A DNA stretch of 55,728 nt, the filler included, from Bilabrum cf. latius (lineage: Eukaryota), in NCBI GenBank assembly GCA_965178125.1. It is 2 parts of 2 records of this genome, joined end to end, with 100 filler letters (N's around TTAATTAATTAA, not from the genome) between each part and the next. Parts side by side here need not be neighbours in the genome. Positions count along the whole stretch, not along the records: positions 27,937 to 55,728 come from CBCXTV010000024.1; 1 more part is not named here. One strand, given 5' to 3'. The notes beneath the pieces were generated by a model. That model saw only the letters and a program-made list of their open reading frames with translations. It did no database searches and was not told the DNA's origin. A program made the translations under genes and the position numbers. Positions 46,224-55,728 of this stretch are shown here, piece after piece. The number at the start of each line of letters is the position of its first letter. The first letter of the stretch is position 1.

Positions 46224-46302
46224 AGCAGACAACGCATTTGTGGTCCCCCTCCACGTCGGCATGGGCTTGAAGTGGTACCTCAGGAGGATTTCACTTGCGC
46301 CG

Positions 46303-47210
46303 GCCCCCCAGGATTTCGCCAAAAATGGCCGATCCGCACAAGGAATTTAAGTTGCGGCGACACAGCTCGGACCCCGGCTTTTTTTTGGCTGTTTCGGGGC
46401 CCCAAGAGGGCTCCCGGCCCCAAAAAGGGCAAAACGCGAGGTTGTGGTGGAAAAAATGGGCCCCAAGGAGCCCCCAAACGACGCAAAACGCCACGTTGTG
46501 GTGGATTTTAGAGCCCCTAAATCGCCCAAAAAAGACGCAAAACGCCACGTGGTGGTGGATTTTAGAGCCCCTAAATCGCCAAAAAAGACGCAAAACGCCA
46601 CGTTGTAGTGGATTTTAGAGCCCCTAAATCGCCCAAAAAAGACGCAAAACGCCACGTTGTGGTGTTTTTTTTGAGCGTTTTCGGGGGGCTCGGAAGGGGA
46701 CCCCCCCAGGATTTGGCCAAAAATGGCCGATCCACACAAGGACTTTAAGTTGCGGCGACACAGTTCGGGCCCCGGTTTGTTTTTGCGGTTTGGGGGCCCC
46801 GAGAGGGCTCCCGGCCCCAAAAAGGGCAAAACGCGAGGTTGTGGTGGAAAAAATGGGCCCCAGGCAGCCCCCAAACGACGCAAAACGCCACGTTGTGGTG
46901 GATTTTAGAGCCCCTAAATCGCCCAAAAAAGACGCAAAACGCCACGTTGTGGTGGATTTTAGAGCCCCTAAATCGCCCCAAAGAGACGCAAAACGCCACG
47001 TTGTAGTGGATTTTAGAGCCCCTAAACCGCCCTAAAAAGACGCAAAACGCCACGTTGTGGTGTTTTTTTTGAGCGTTTTGGGGGGGCCCGGAAGGGGACC
47101 CCCCCAGGATTTGGCCAAAAATGGCCGATCCACACAAGGAATTTAAGTTGCGGCGACACAGTTCGGGCCCCGGGGTTTGTTTTGCTGTTTGGGGGCCCCA
47201 AGAGGGCTCC
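46303..47210. repeat. 398-bp higher-order tandem repeat (about 2.3 copies) with 54-bp subunits
   Basis: GGCCGATCC recurs at about 46327, 46725 and 47123. The subunit is GACGCAAAACGCCACGTTGTGGTGGATTTTAGAGCCCCTAAATCGCCCAAAAAA, with 3-4 copies per unit. Confidence 0.93.
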
Positions 47211-49239
47211 CGGGAGGCCCTAGAGTGGCCCTTCTCCGCTTCAATTCCTGTCCCAAATCCGATTCCCATTTCGAGACCGAAAAAGGTGACCCGGAAAACG
47301 ACGGTACTCTCCGTCACTCCATCTGGCGGCGAAAATTGCCTCAGTTTCCGGTCCCCGATTCCGGGCCCAGGGACCCCCGAAATTCCCGATTCCGCGCAGT
47401 GCCGAAAGCTCGACATAAACCACAAACACGACACACAACACAACACGATAGCGCCTCCCCACGCGCGGGATTGGGTCCTTCCGCTCGCTGCATGTGAGCT
47501 GCAGTGTGTTCTTGCCGGGAATGTCACTGGAAGTCGCGCTGCAGTCTGCTCAGGGCGCCTTATGACCATGAAGGCGTCTCAGCACCCGCGACGGCAAGAG
47601 GGGGCACGCACGACGTTGCGAAGCACCCGCCCTGGGTGAAGAAACTGCGTATCCACAGGAGTCACGTTCAGGTGCGCGAGAATTGGAAAGGCGGGGTAAC
47701 TGGTGCAGAGGAGCTTGTTCGCAGCGCGGCTTCCACCAGCGCCGCTGACGGTAAGATGCATCGGTCTCGGTACATGAGTCGGCACGGTGTTGCGTGATTG
47801 ACTTCACGATGCGGGAGTGTGCAGCCTTCCGCAGCGGGAGAATTGTATCTCCCCACGACCGCCGAAAAAAAAAAAGGCTATGCTGGACTCGTTCCAGGGA
47901 AGGCTATGCGATGAGTATCTCTAGGCGCTTTCCGGAAGACCCACCCACTACACGCTGGTCAGCCCTCCCAAGCGGGAGTGAACCGCGGAGCCGCGGGCCC
48001 GTGAGCGCTGCTGCTACGATCATTTCTGCCCGTTTGACTCTCGCCCACTCTTGCCGTGACCAAAGACGCGCAGATCCTTATGACGCATGACACCTCGTCG
48101 AGGTGTCGAGACTGCCTCACATTCCCGTTACGGAGACCCACAGCACTGCGACAACGAAATCGGTCACGAAGAGAGCAAGAGGCCGCGCACCTGAGCATCA
48201 CAAAAACCCCGACAGACATAAACAACACCGTACCGTGAAGTCCCTGCGACGAGGGGATGCTAAGCGGCTCCCACGGCGGCTCCTCTGCGGGAGAAGCTGC
48301 CGCAGACCTCGAGATGGGATGCACATGATTGCGAAGATTGCGGAACTCGTCCGAAGCCGGTCGCACGAGGGTCACAGCGAATGGAGGCATATCTATGAAA
48401 TAGAGTCTGCGTGCAAAGCAGCATTCCAAACGATCGTCCGCATTCTTCCGAGCAAATCCTTGGGAGCACACATCCTGCGGACGACATCTCTTTTCTGTCC
48501 ACCCCAGCGTACTCCCCGCACACACTTCTCGCGAATGATTGAGAATTCTGTGCGGCACATGTAATATCAGGCTACCATGATACGCGGAATGGCGTGCTAT
48601 TGCTCGCACGTTCGTGCGCCCCCTTCCGAATGCGCTTACCACATCACTATGTTCGTCGGCAACCGTATACACCGTAGGGGTCTTCCCTCCGACACCAAGC
48701 GTACACGACTGGCCGTAATAGCGCAGCGTAGATGTTTCGGACGTCGCCCAGGACAAGTGTCGACGCCCGGTTCGTCACGATCACTACGTGTGCACTTCAC
48801 TCACCGCCCTCCAGCCGCTAGACTTCTTTTGGAACGCGACATCCTACGACGCGCTATGACACGTAGCCGTAAACCGCAGACGGCCTCGCGTTCACTGCTT
48901 GCAGCGCAAGAGCGTGAACGAGAACCGCCCGCGTGGCACACCTTCGCAGGCGCGGAAGACAAAAAGTTCCTTCTAAGCTTGTATTCGGGTCCGAAAGCCA
49001 AATTCCACTTCGGGGTCGAGAAGGGCGACCCGGGAAATCACCGTACGCTCTGTGAATCCATTTCCCGGGGAAAGTCCCCGAGTTCCCGCTACCCGGTCCC
49101 AGGCCCAGCGACCCAGGAAAGTTCCCGTCCCCCCGCATGCGGAAACCTCCCACGAAGCACGCCCACCTCACGCTTCACACGCAAAAGTCCAGGAGTCAAA
49201 TCCATTCCGGACCCAGCAGTTCACCCCCCGTGACGATTG

Positions 49240-50257
49240 GGAAAGGCTCTTGCACACACCTTCTCGTCCGAGCAGTCTATGGAGCACACGCCTGTCTTCG
49301 TTGCCTTTTCCGGCCAAAAATGCAGGGAGTTCGAAGGGGAAGTAGCAAACGCGGAAGACCGCTTTCGAAACGCAGGTGCTCAGGGAAAAACAACCAGAGC
49401 GTCCCTGATCCTCGGCAGAGCCGTCCAGGAGGGACGGGCACGGACGGGCATCGCAGATCTTGCAGCGCCACCATTCGCCGGGATGGGCGACCGGACGAGG
49501 GCGACCACAAGTACGTAGCGTGCGACGTCCGTCAGTCGCCATGTTGCGCTCATTCGCTTTCGCGGCACGACTTCCAGGGCCGGCCTTACTCACTCCTCGG
49601 AGTCCGCGTGTGGATTCTCCCCTGCGCACGATCTGCCGCTCTAGATGCTACACAAAGATCCCGCTCGGATGACCCCCTCTGTGCATTCTGCAAGATTTTA
49701 CGCGCCTCCATTCAATGCGCGAAGCATGCACCGCAGCAGTCTGAGTCCGGTGACCACCTTCAATAGCGTGGGACAAATTCCGTCCGCGATGTGCATTCGG
49801 GCATGCTCCCCTTTCCGAGTCTCTGTGACCCGTAGTGCGTCCGCGGCCAACGACTCAGGACTCCACGATGGTACGCACGAGTTGCATTCCTTGCACGAAG
49901 CGTGCGGAGAGAAAGCGATGCTCAGACATCGAGGCGCTTGGAGGGTCTGCACACGACATGCTTCGAGAGGCCATGCAAACATGCGAAACCAGAACTGAGG
50001 TTCCTCATCGTTCCTGCTGTCGAGCGCTCAATTGGGGCATCGGAGCAGGACGAAGCTCGCGAAGAGAGGACGCGGGTGTCCCCATCCAAAAATCCGCCGC
50101 CTTCAAGGCTCATGTTCCCGGATCCTGCATTCGCGAGTTTCGGGAGCAGAAGTGCAAGATCGCCGCTGGACACACAGCGCATGCCATTTCCCGTCTCTGG
50201 AGATGTCGGGCTTCCAGGCGCAATTCGGACACCATCGCCAGGACCTCGGGAAGATGA
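49240..50257 (+). pseudogene. Possible degraded Cys/His-rich gene
   Basis: Overlapping partial ORFs with CxxC motifs ('CAFC', 'CIPC'). The last frame ends at a TGA overlapping the ATG of the next ORF. Confidence 0.3.
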
Positions 50258-52764
50258 CATGCCTGCTGATCTGCAGGGAAGAGTCCCGCTTCGAGGAGTG
50301 GCGACAAAAAAAAGGGGCGCGAGAACTCCACGAGCACATGGGAGCGGTCCTTCGGCTCCCCAATCCAGTGTTTCCGCAGACCGACAGGGACCCAGATGGA
50401 CGCGACATCGTCAAAGACCAGGCCCTCTTGGATATCTTCTCCGGCAAGATAACGGACTGGATCAAATACAATCCGGCCACTCTTGGGGCGATCCAATCCC
50501 ATCGAAACGCATGGCTGTGGGCTGAGAACCACACGCCGACGGAATGGCTCATGGTTGTCGAGGATGATATCGAACCTCGCGAAGCATGCGTGGATCGGCT
50601 ACTCGTAGTTCTTCACGCCATCGCGAAAAACCCCAAGGTGACGCAGATGGCCATGTTAGCGGGGTCAGAAGCACCGAGAATGGTCAGCCTCCAGCGCGGA
50701 AACTCCACCTCCATCCACAATTGCGAGCGCCTCTTGGACGTGCGGACCTATCCGGCGCACTGGGTAGACAACACATTTGTGGTCCCCTACCACGTCGGCA
50801 TGGGCCTAAAGTGGTATCTCATCAGCCCGGAGGGGAGGAAGGCGCTCCTGAAGATGCGGATCCCGAACCGAAGCTTCGAACGCTGCGTCTGGCGCCGCAT
50901 CTTCGACACGTTCCAAGGGCCGGTATGGAAGTGGGAAGATTGCCTCCGCATGACATCTGTGCTGGCAGCCAGCCCGGTCCTCGCATCGACTCCCGAGAGC
51001 ATGGACACGGAGTGGGGGGGCTCGGGACGACGAAGTGCGGATGCAGGGCACAGTATGAAACCGTACATAATGATCGACCCGAGTGACGACTGGACTCTTG
51101 GCGAGCGATTAAACACATTGTCCGTCGTGATGTCCGTGTGCGCGGCCCTGAGTTGGGGGGTTGTCCTCGTCTGGGAAAAAACAGAGCGCGTGCCCATCTC
51201 CTACGAAGACTTGTGCGGTGTTCACGAGCACGCCGGCGAAACCAACACGTTCGTCCACCTCCTCCAGGACAAACGCGGCGGGTCGTATTCGTACTTCCTG
51301 AGGTACGGAGACATCCGCATCCACGTGGTGCAGCCGATGATGTGCATCCCCACCCTCGACAGAATGCTCGACATGGTAGCCATGAAGAGGCCCAAGATGA
51401 ACACCCTGCCTCCCTTGAAATGGCAGACCGCTCGATGGATCCAAGTCAAGCAGAAGTGGATCGATAAACTCCACACGGAGATGCCGGGGGCCGAGCTGCC
51501 CTCATGGCTGGAGTGGCCACCCTCAACCCACGCGCTTGTCCTCTGCGACGACAGGGACTTGGCGGCGCATAGCCTCGAGGGGAGATGCCAAGAGGAGCAG
51601 CAGGAGTGGATGAACGGCGGGAAGGACAACAGCATCCAGTACTACATCCTTGAGGCAAAGCAGGCGCTGCAGAACGAGTTGGAAGACATCCTAAAGGGGG
51701 ACAGCAGCTCGCGCCTCGTCGTGATCCGCATGACAACCAAACCGCTGGGACAGGTCTGGGTGGGCATGATGAAGCACCTCACGAAGCAGTTCAGGGAGCG
51801 CATCATAACGCCAACGTTCCTCCTCCCGAAAATGATCCCCAAAAGGAGGCACGACGAGAAGAACCCGAGTGATGATTGGATTACTTGGGGAGCATCCTTG
51901 GCGAAAACCGTGGGCCTCCTCACGCTCATACCTCCGATGCAAGTGCACTATCCCATCATGAGCTGGACCGTGGCCTGGAACCACTTCATGTTTAAGGGCA
52001 GGACTGCCACGGACACCGTGATCCCAGACGTCATCCGAACTCTGTACGCTCCGCACAAGAGCAACAGGAAGCAGCTCCTCAAGAACGGCCCGCTGTGCCA
52101 GACGAGGCGCGCCGTGCTGGACTCGCCCGCACTGCAGGACATTGCGAACAACTACTCAAGGGCCAAGGACAAGACCTATAACCTCTTGAGCTATTCCAAA
52201 TGGTTTGCCGAGGAAGCCATGTGGCACATGATCGAGTACGCCGAAAGCACGCAGTGCATCGTCGACCCGTTCGTGAGCCGCCAGTGCCAAAAGGTCTTCG
52301 AGCACATCCCCTCGGACGACATCGGCCATGCGGACGCCCGGCTCCGGTACAACCTTCAGGATGCCGACGACCGAGGTTACCGCTTCAACGCGGGGCATCT
52401 CTACACCGCGGTGCAGGGCATCAAAACGGTGAACATCGCATACAACAAGTGGCTCACCGAGCAGGCACAGAGTCATTCCGAATGGAGCTGGGGCAAAACG
52501 TTCATCAAGCTTGTGATCAACCAGTGGCGGCAGCAGCAGGGCAGTGAGCCGTATGACGTGGACGAGGAGGAGTACGTGAGCCTTCCGCGGACCTTCCACG
52601 GGAATTCGTTGAAGCTCGCGAGGAGCGCAAGCCTCAAGGACACGAGATCCTGCTCCAGATCGCCCTCATCCTATTCCAGGTCGCCCTCCACCAACAGGAC
52701 TGAGGCACAGCCTTCGAAGAGAGCGCGCCTGACCCCGGCACCCGGCGTAAAGCACGAGCCCTGA
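50254..52764 (+). CDS. Large glycosyltransferase-like protein (GT25-like domain, then a possible fucosyltransferase-like domain)
   Basis: 'LGAIQSHRNAWLWA..WLMVVEDD' and 'GMGLKWYLISPEGRKALL' resemble the GT25 motifs GC..SH...W, LILEDD and YLIS..GA..LL. 'LGERLNTL...VVLVW....ISYEDL' resembles the GLGNRL..L.V.W..F.DLF pattern of fucosyltransferase-like proteins. The frame is open from 50032; ATG 50254 was chosen as the likely start. Confidence 0.7.
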   Translation: MTCLLICREESRFEEWRQKKGARELHEHMGAVLRLPNPVFPQTDRDPDGRDIVKDQALLDIFSGKITDWIKYNPATLGAIQSHRNAWLWAENHTPTEWLMVVEDDIEPREACVDRLLVVLHAIAKNPKVTQMAMLAGSEAPRMVSLQRGNSTSIHNCERLLDVRTYPAHWVDNTFVVPYHVGMGLKWYLISPEGRKALLKMRIPNRSFERCVWRRIFDTFQGPVWKWEDCLRMTSVLAASPVLASTPESMDTEWGGSGRRSADAGHSMKPYIMIDPSDDWTLGERLNTLSVVMSVCAALSWGVVLVWEKTERVPISYEDLCGVHEHAGETNTFVHLLQDKRGGSYSYFLRYGDIRIHVVQPMMCIPTLDRMLDMVAMKRPKMNTLPPLKWQTARWIQVKQKWIDKLHTEMPGAELPSWLEWPPSTHALVLCDDRDLAAHSLEGRCQEEQQEWMNGGKDNSIQYYILEAKQALQNELEDILKGDSSSRLVVIRMTTKPLGQVWVGMMKHLTKQFRERIITPTFLLPKMIPKRRHDEKNPSDDWITWGASLAKTVGLLTLIPPMQVHYPIMSWTVAWNHFMFKGRTATDTVIPDVIRTLYAPHKSNRKQLLKNGPLCQTRRAVLDSPALQDIANNYSRAKDKTYNLLSYSKWFAEEAMWHMIEYAESTQCIVDPFVSRQCQKVFEHIPSDDIGHADARLRYNLQDADDRGYRFNAGHLYTAVQGIKTVNIAYNKWLTEQAQSHSEWSWGKTFIKLVINQWRQQQGSEPYDVDEEEYVSLPRTFHGNSLKLARSASLKDTRSCSRSPSSYSRSPSTNRTEAQPSKRARLTPAPGVKHEP

Positions 52765-53639
52765 CGACGAAATGCCGCGGAACAGCGCGTTGCGAGGAGA
52801 CAAAGCTCCGCAGGCAACAGCAGAAGGCCGCCGAGCGCCGGAGTTGGAGGGTCACATAGTTCCATCGGTCCCATTCTCTCCGGAAGTCGCATAGCACGTG
52901 GAGATCCGCATGCTCTCGGTGCATGAACGCTGGCAGCACGCAGTGCCAAAGTCGCAAAGCTCTTCAGAGTCACAAGTCCAGAAGTTCTTCTGCCAATGTG
53001 TGTCCTCTTCCCGCTCATGTGTGCATCCTCGGAGGAAGTCTGGAGATGACAGGACCCAGCACGCACCACATCAGAAGTCCTTTTTTAAAGCGGCATCGTC
53101 AGAAAAAAATCTGGAACGCCCTTCCGCAAAAAAGAGTGCTGCCCACAGAAAAAAGGGAAACACCTGAGGCCCCAGAAGCCAAAGGGAGGACCGCGAAGGA
53201 CGCAGTTTCGAGGTCACACTTTCCGGGACCAGTTTTGAGCCCAAAAAGGGGTACACAAGAGGAAAACACGATGCGGGAGGCTTGAAATTGTCACCGAAAA
53301 CGGGCCCAAAATTGGGACCCCTTTTTCGCAAATTTCGCAGCATCCAGACGACCCAGAAAGGCTTTCCCAGGCGCCGCCTCGAAGCTCACCTTCTCGCATG
53401 CAACCATGACGCACCCCCCACCTCCTCATGCAGACGCGTCTGAGAGACCCCGCAGTGGAACTTCTCCCATTCTGCGCAGGAAGCACTTCAGTCTACAAGG
53501 ACCCGCGCACTTCTTACCGCACCACCTCCATGTGAAAGCACTTCTCGCTGAGTTTTTTTTGGGCCCAGGAATACAGCAACTGCCAGAAGCTTCGCACAGA
53601 AAAGCAGCCCGCTCAGGAAGCAAACTCACTGCACACCCC

Positions 53640-54110
53640 ATGGCGAGCGACGCAGAACCGGAGGACGCAATGCGGCTCGACTCCCCTAGAGATGCGGATG
53701 CAGCGGCGCCACCCGAAGCGACGGAGGCAGGATCACAGAAACCAGATCATGCGCAGCAGTTCTTCGAGGAGCCCTGCCCGAAAGACGGACACATGGAAGC
53801 GCTAGAGAAGACCGCCAAGACGGACGAACCTGGCGACACACCCTTGTTCGTCGACAAGTGGACGGCAGCGATCACACGCCTTACCGAGGAGCGCAAGGCT
53901 CTCAAGCTCGAGCAGCGGGCTAAAACGAAGGCCATCCGCAAAACCATCCGGCAGAAAAGGCGCACCATGAAGAACGCCAAAAAACTCACAGACGACGAGC
54001 TCGCCCAAATCGTGCTAGACAGGAAGATCTTGCAGTTGGTGCAAAAAGAAGAGATCGCAGCACGCAGCTCCGCCAACTCCTCAACGAGCCAGGCGAAGTC
54101 GACCTTGTGA
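53640..54110 (+). CDS. Hypothetical protein with acidic N-terminus and basic coiled-coil C-terminus
   Basis: 'ITRLTEERKALKLEQRAKTKAIRKTIRQKRRTMKNAKKLTDDELAQIVL'. The frame is open from 53406. A diverged sibling fragment lies at 39760-39908. Confidence 0.6.
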   Translation: MASDAEPEDAMRLDSPRDADAAAPPEATEAGSQKPDHAQQFFEEPCPKDGHMEALEKTAKTDEPGDTPLFVDKWTAAITRLTEERKALKLEQRAKTKAIRKTIRQKRRTMKNAKKLTDDELAQIVLDRKILQLVQKEEIAARSSANSSTSQAKSTL

Positions 54111-54469
54111 GAAGCGCTTCCCGTGTTCAGAGAACCGAGGATTACAGATAGACCCCGCGTCACAGAAGCCATCGCAAGAGGGCAGAGCGTCAAGTACAGC
54201 GCAGTCTTGACGGACACAGATAGCCCGAGCAGCACAAAGCAGCGGATGCGGCTGCCCAGCGGAGTCGCGCACTCGGACAGCATACACGGGACGTGCTGGC
54301 AGAAATCACTCAGTCCGCGAGCACCGTCGTCAAGAGCACGGGAGGGGCAGACTCGACATGCACAACTTTGAAAAACGGGAGGGGCACGAAAGGAAGACAA
54401 ATTTGGCATTAATCCTTGATTACCCCCGCCCCCCCGTAGAATCAGAGCGAGCAGATATGCTCGGAAGGT

Positions 54470-55125
54470 CCGGGGGGCAGTCGCAGAAAAGTGCACGCGA
54501 AAATAAGAGGAAAGGAGACCCCCCAAACCTGCGTAGTGCGACCCTCGGGGGTACCCTCTAAGGTACTAAGAATCCTTCCCCCGAAAATCGCACTACCTCG
54601 GGCCACAACGTGGGCGGAAGCGGAAAAAAGCCGAGCACTACCGTGAAAAAATCCTGCATTTTACAGGAAAATCGGAGCACTACGTGTCAAAAACTGGGGG
54701 TTTTTGAGCTTTTTTTTCCAGAAAAACGGCATTTTTTTATGTAAAAACCGCGCGAAACGAGCACTACCGAGCACTACCTCGCCTCCTCCAGTCGTGTTTC
54801 GCATTTTTTTCGCTGGCCGAAAATGTCTCCGAAGGCGCTGCCTCGAGGGGGGTTCCGATGGCTGATTTTGGGCGTTCGGTTGTCGATTTCGCGTGCATTT
54901 CAGGTTGTCGGCGAGGCCTTTTTGGCGTATGTCGCAGGTTCGGATGCCCTCGAACGTCGTGCCTCATGTGGTATTCGCCGGTTTCTATGTTCGAGAAGGC
55001 GGTCGGTCGGTCATCCTCTCTGGCAGGCTCCGAAGTGCGTTTGTGATCGTGCTAATTGCAACGCCATGCTTTCCTTCGTTGGCTTCGAGAATCCTTCCCT
55101 CGGAAGCGGTACTACCTCGCCCAGG
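54470..55125. promoter_or_regulatory. Candidate origin/terminal region: stem-loop plus repeated GCACTAC motifs and A/T tracts
   Basis: GTAGTGCGA...TCGCACTAC inverted repeat around GGGTACCC-TCTAAGGTACTAAG. GCACTAC recurs near 54590, 54634, 54677, 54761 and 54771. A degenerate second copy lies at 55089-55120. Function is inferred. Confidence 0.4.
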
Positions 55126-55143
55126 GCGGCACGAGCTGCAGAC

Positions 55144-55674
55144 TCAGCTGCCTCGGTGCTCATGTGTGTCCCGTGTCAGCAGTTTCGGTGTTTCGAACAG
55201 CAAGGATTCTGGGCATTGCGTGTCGGAGGCAAGTGTTCTATCTTGAGGCATTCCGCGATTCGTCGAAGGATTATTTGCGCAAATAATGTCGGCTCCGTTC
55301 AAGGGCGAAACGATGAGTTTGTCTGTTGCCGAGTCGCTGAAGTCCCGAGTCGCATCCTGCTCCTGGGATCCCGCGTGGGTTTCCGCGAGCTGCGTGCCGT
55401 GCGATGGCCTCCCCACAAGCCAGGAGTCAGAAGCGTCCACGACGGCGACCTCTGCTTTGTTAGGGGTGTCCGAGGCGTCCTCAACGTGCTCGTGTGGCCT
55501 CGGTGTCTCCAATTCGGTGGCTGCAGCGCGCGCGGCCGCTGTCCCGAGTTTTGGCTTTGACGATGCGGAGAACGACTTCGACGCCAGTCTCGACATGATT
55601 GAGGCCTCATGCGAGGTCGCATGCGAGGCAGAATGCGAGGGCGATCCGGGAGCCTGCTTGTTGTCCCACGGCAA
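55144..55674 (-). CDS. Possible 3' part of a low-complexity hypothetical protein
   Basis: 176-aa Ser/Ala-rich ORF near the window edge with no recognisable motif. Confidence 0.2.
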   Translation of the reverse strand: MPWDNKQAPGSPSHSASHATSHEASIMSRLASKSFSASSKPKLGTAAARAAATELETPRPHEHVEDASDTPNKAEVAVVDASDSWLVGRPSHGTQLAETHAGSQEQDATRDFSDSATDKLIVSPLNGADIICANNPSTNRGMPQDRTLASDTQCPESLLFETPKLLTRDTHEHRGS

Positions 55675-55728
55675 GTCGAGCGGTCAGTGGCAGATCGGCG
55701 TAGTGGGTGAACGAGTCCTTTATGAGGG

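Larger units (their letters stand above)
38900..46280 (+). other. Mosaic of short fragments copied from the flanking element genes
   Basis: About 20 traceable segments of 18-840 bp matching rep, ORFs 31712, 36858, 50254 and 53640, the transposase and intergenic DNA (coordinates given in findings). Confidence 0.9.

Noticed and set aside
46480-47062. CRISPR-like appearance (TTTTAGAGC resembles a Cas9 repeat start; regular spacing)
   Set aside because: Intervening sequences are identical rather than unique spacers, there are no cas genes, and the context is eukaryotic. It is a tandem repeat.
47500-48760. Possible gene between the 398-bp repeat and the glycosyltransferase block
   Set aside because: Only short ORFs in shifting frames with no recognisable motif are present. 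A decayed gene cannot be supported or excluded without a homology search.

Overview
Eukaryotic, GC-rich sequence with plant/alga-type TTTAGGG telomere repeats. A dinoflagellate or similar alga/protist is an inference only. The window is two contigs joined by an artificial 100-bp spacer (N44-TTAATTAATTAA-N44, 27837-27936), so no physical linkage can be assumed across it. Contig 1 (1-27836) starts with a decayed DIRS-like retroelement fragment, followed by three (CCCTAAA)n arrays (about 17.7, 1.6 and 3.2 kb). The arrays are separated by two related non-coding inserts (19019-21675, 23295-24638). These share an internal satellite and conserved, covarying hairpin modules at both ends, and look like a family of telomere-embedded non-autonomous elements. 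Contig 2 (27937-55728) holds a compact, co-oriented array of uninterrupted ORFs: a CRESS/geminivirus-like Rep (HUH endonuclease + SF3 helicase), three CxxC zinc-finger proteins, a coiled-coil protein and a pogo-like DD35D transposase. Further right are a glycosyltransferase-like ORF, a second coiled-coil ORF and a stem-loop/iteron-like region. Between the two gene blocks (about 38.1-46.3 kb) is an 8-kb patchwork of short fragments of these same genes. The fragments are mostly joined at 2-4 bp microhomologies, some form in-frame fusions, and the patchwork ends in a near-perfect hairpin with 97-bp arms. All family assignments come from motifs read by eye; no searches were run.
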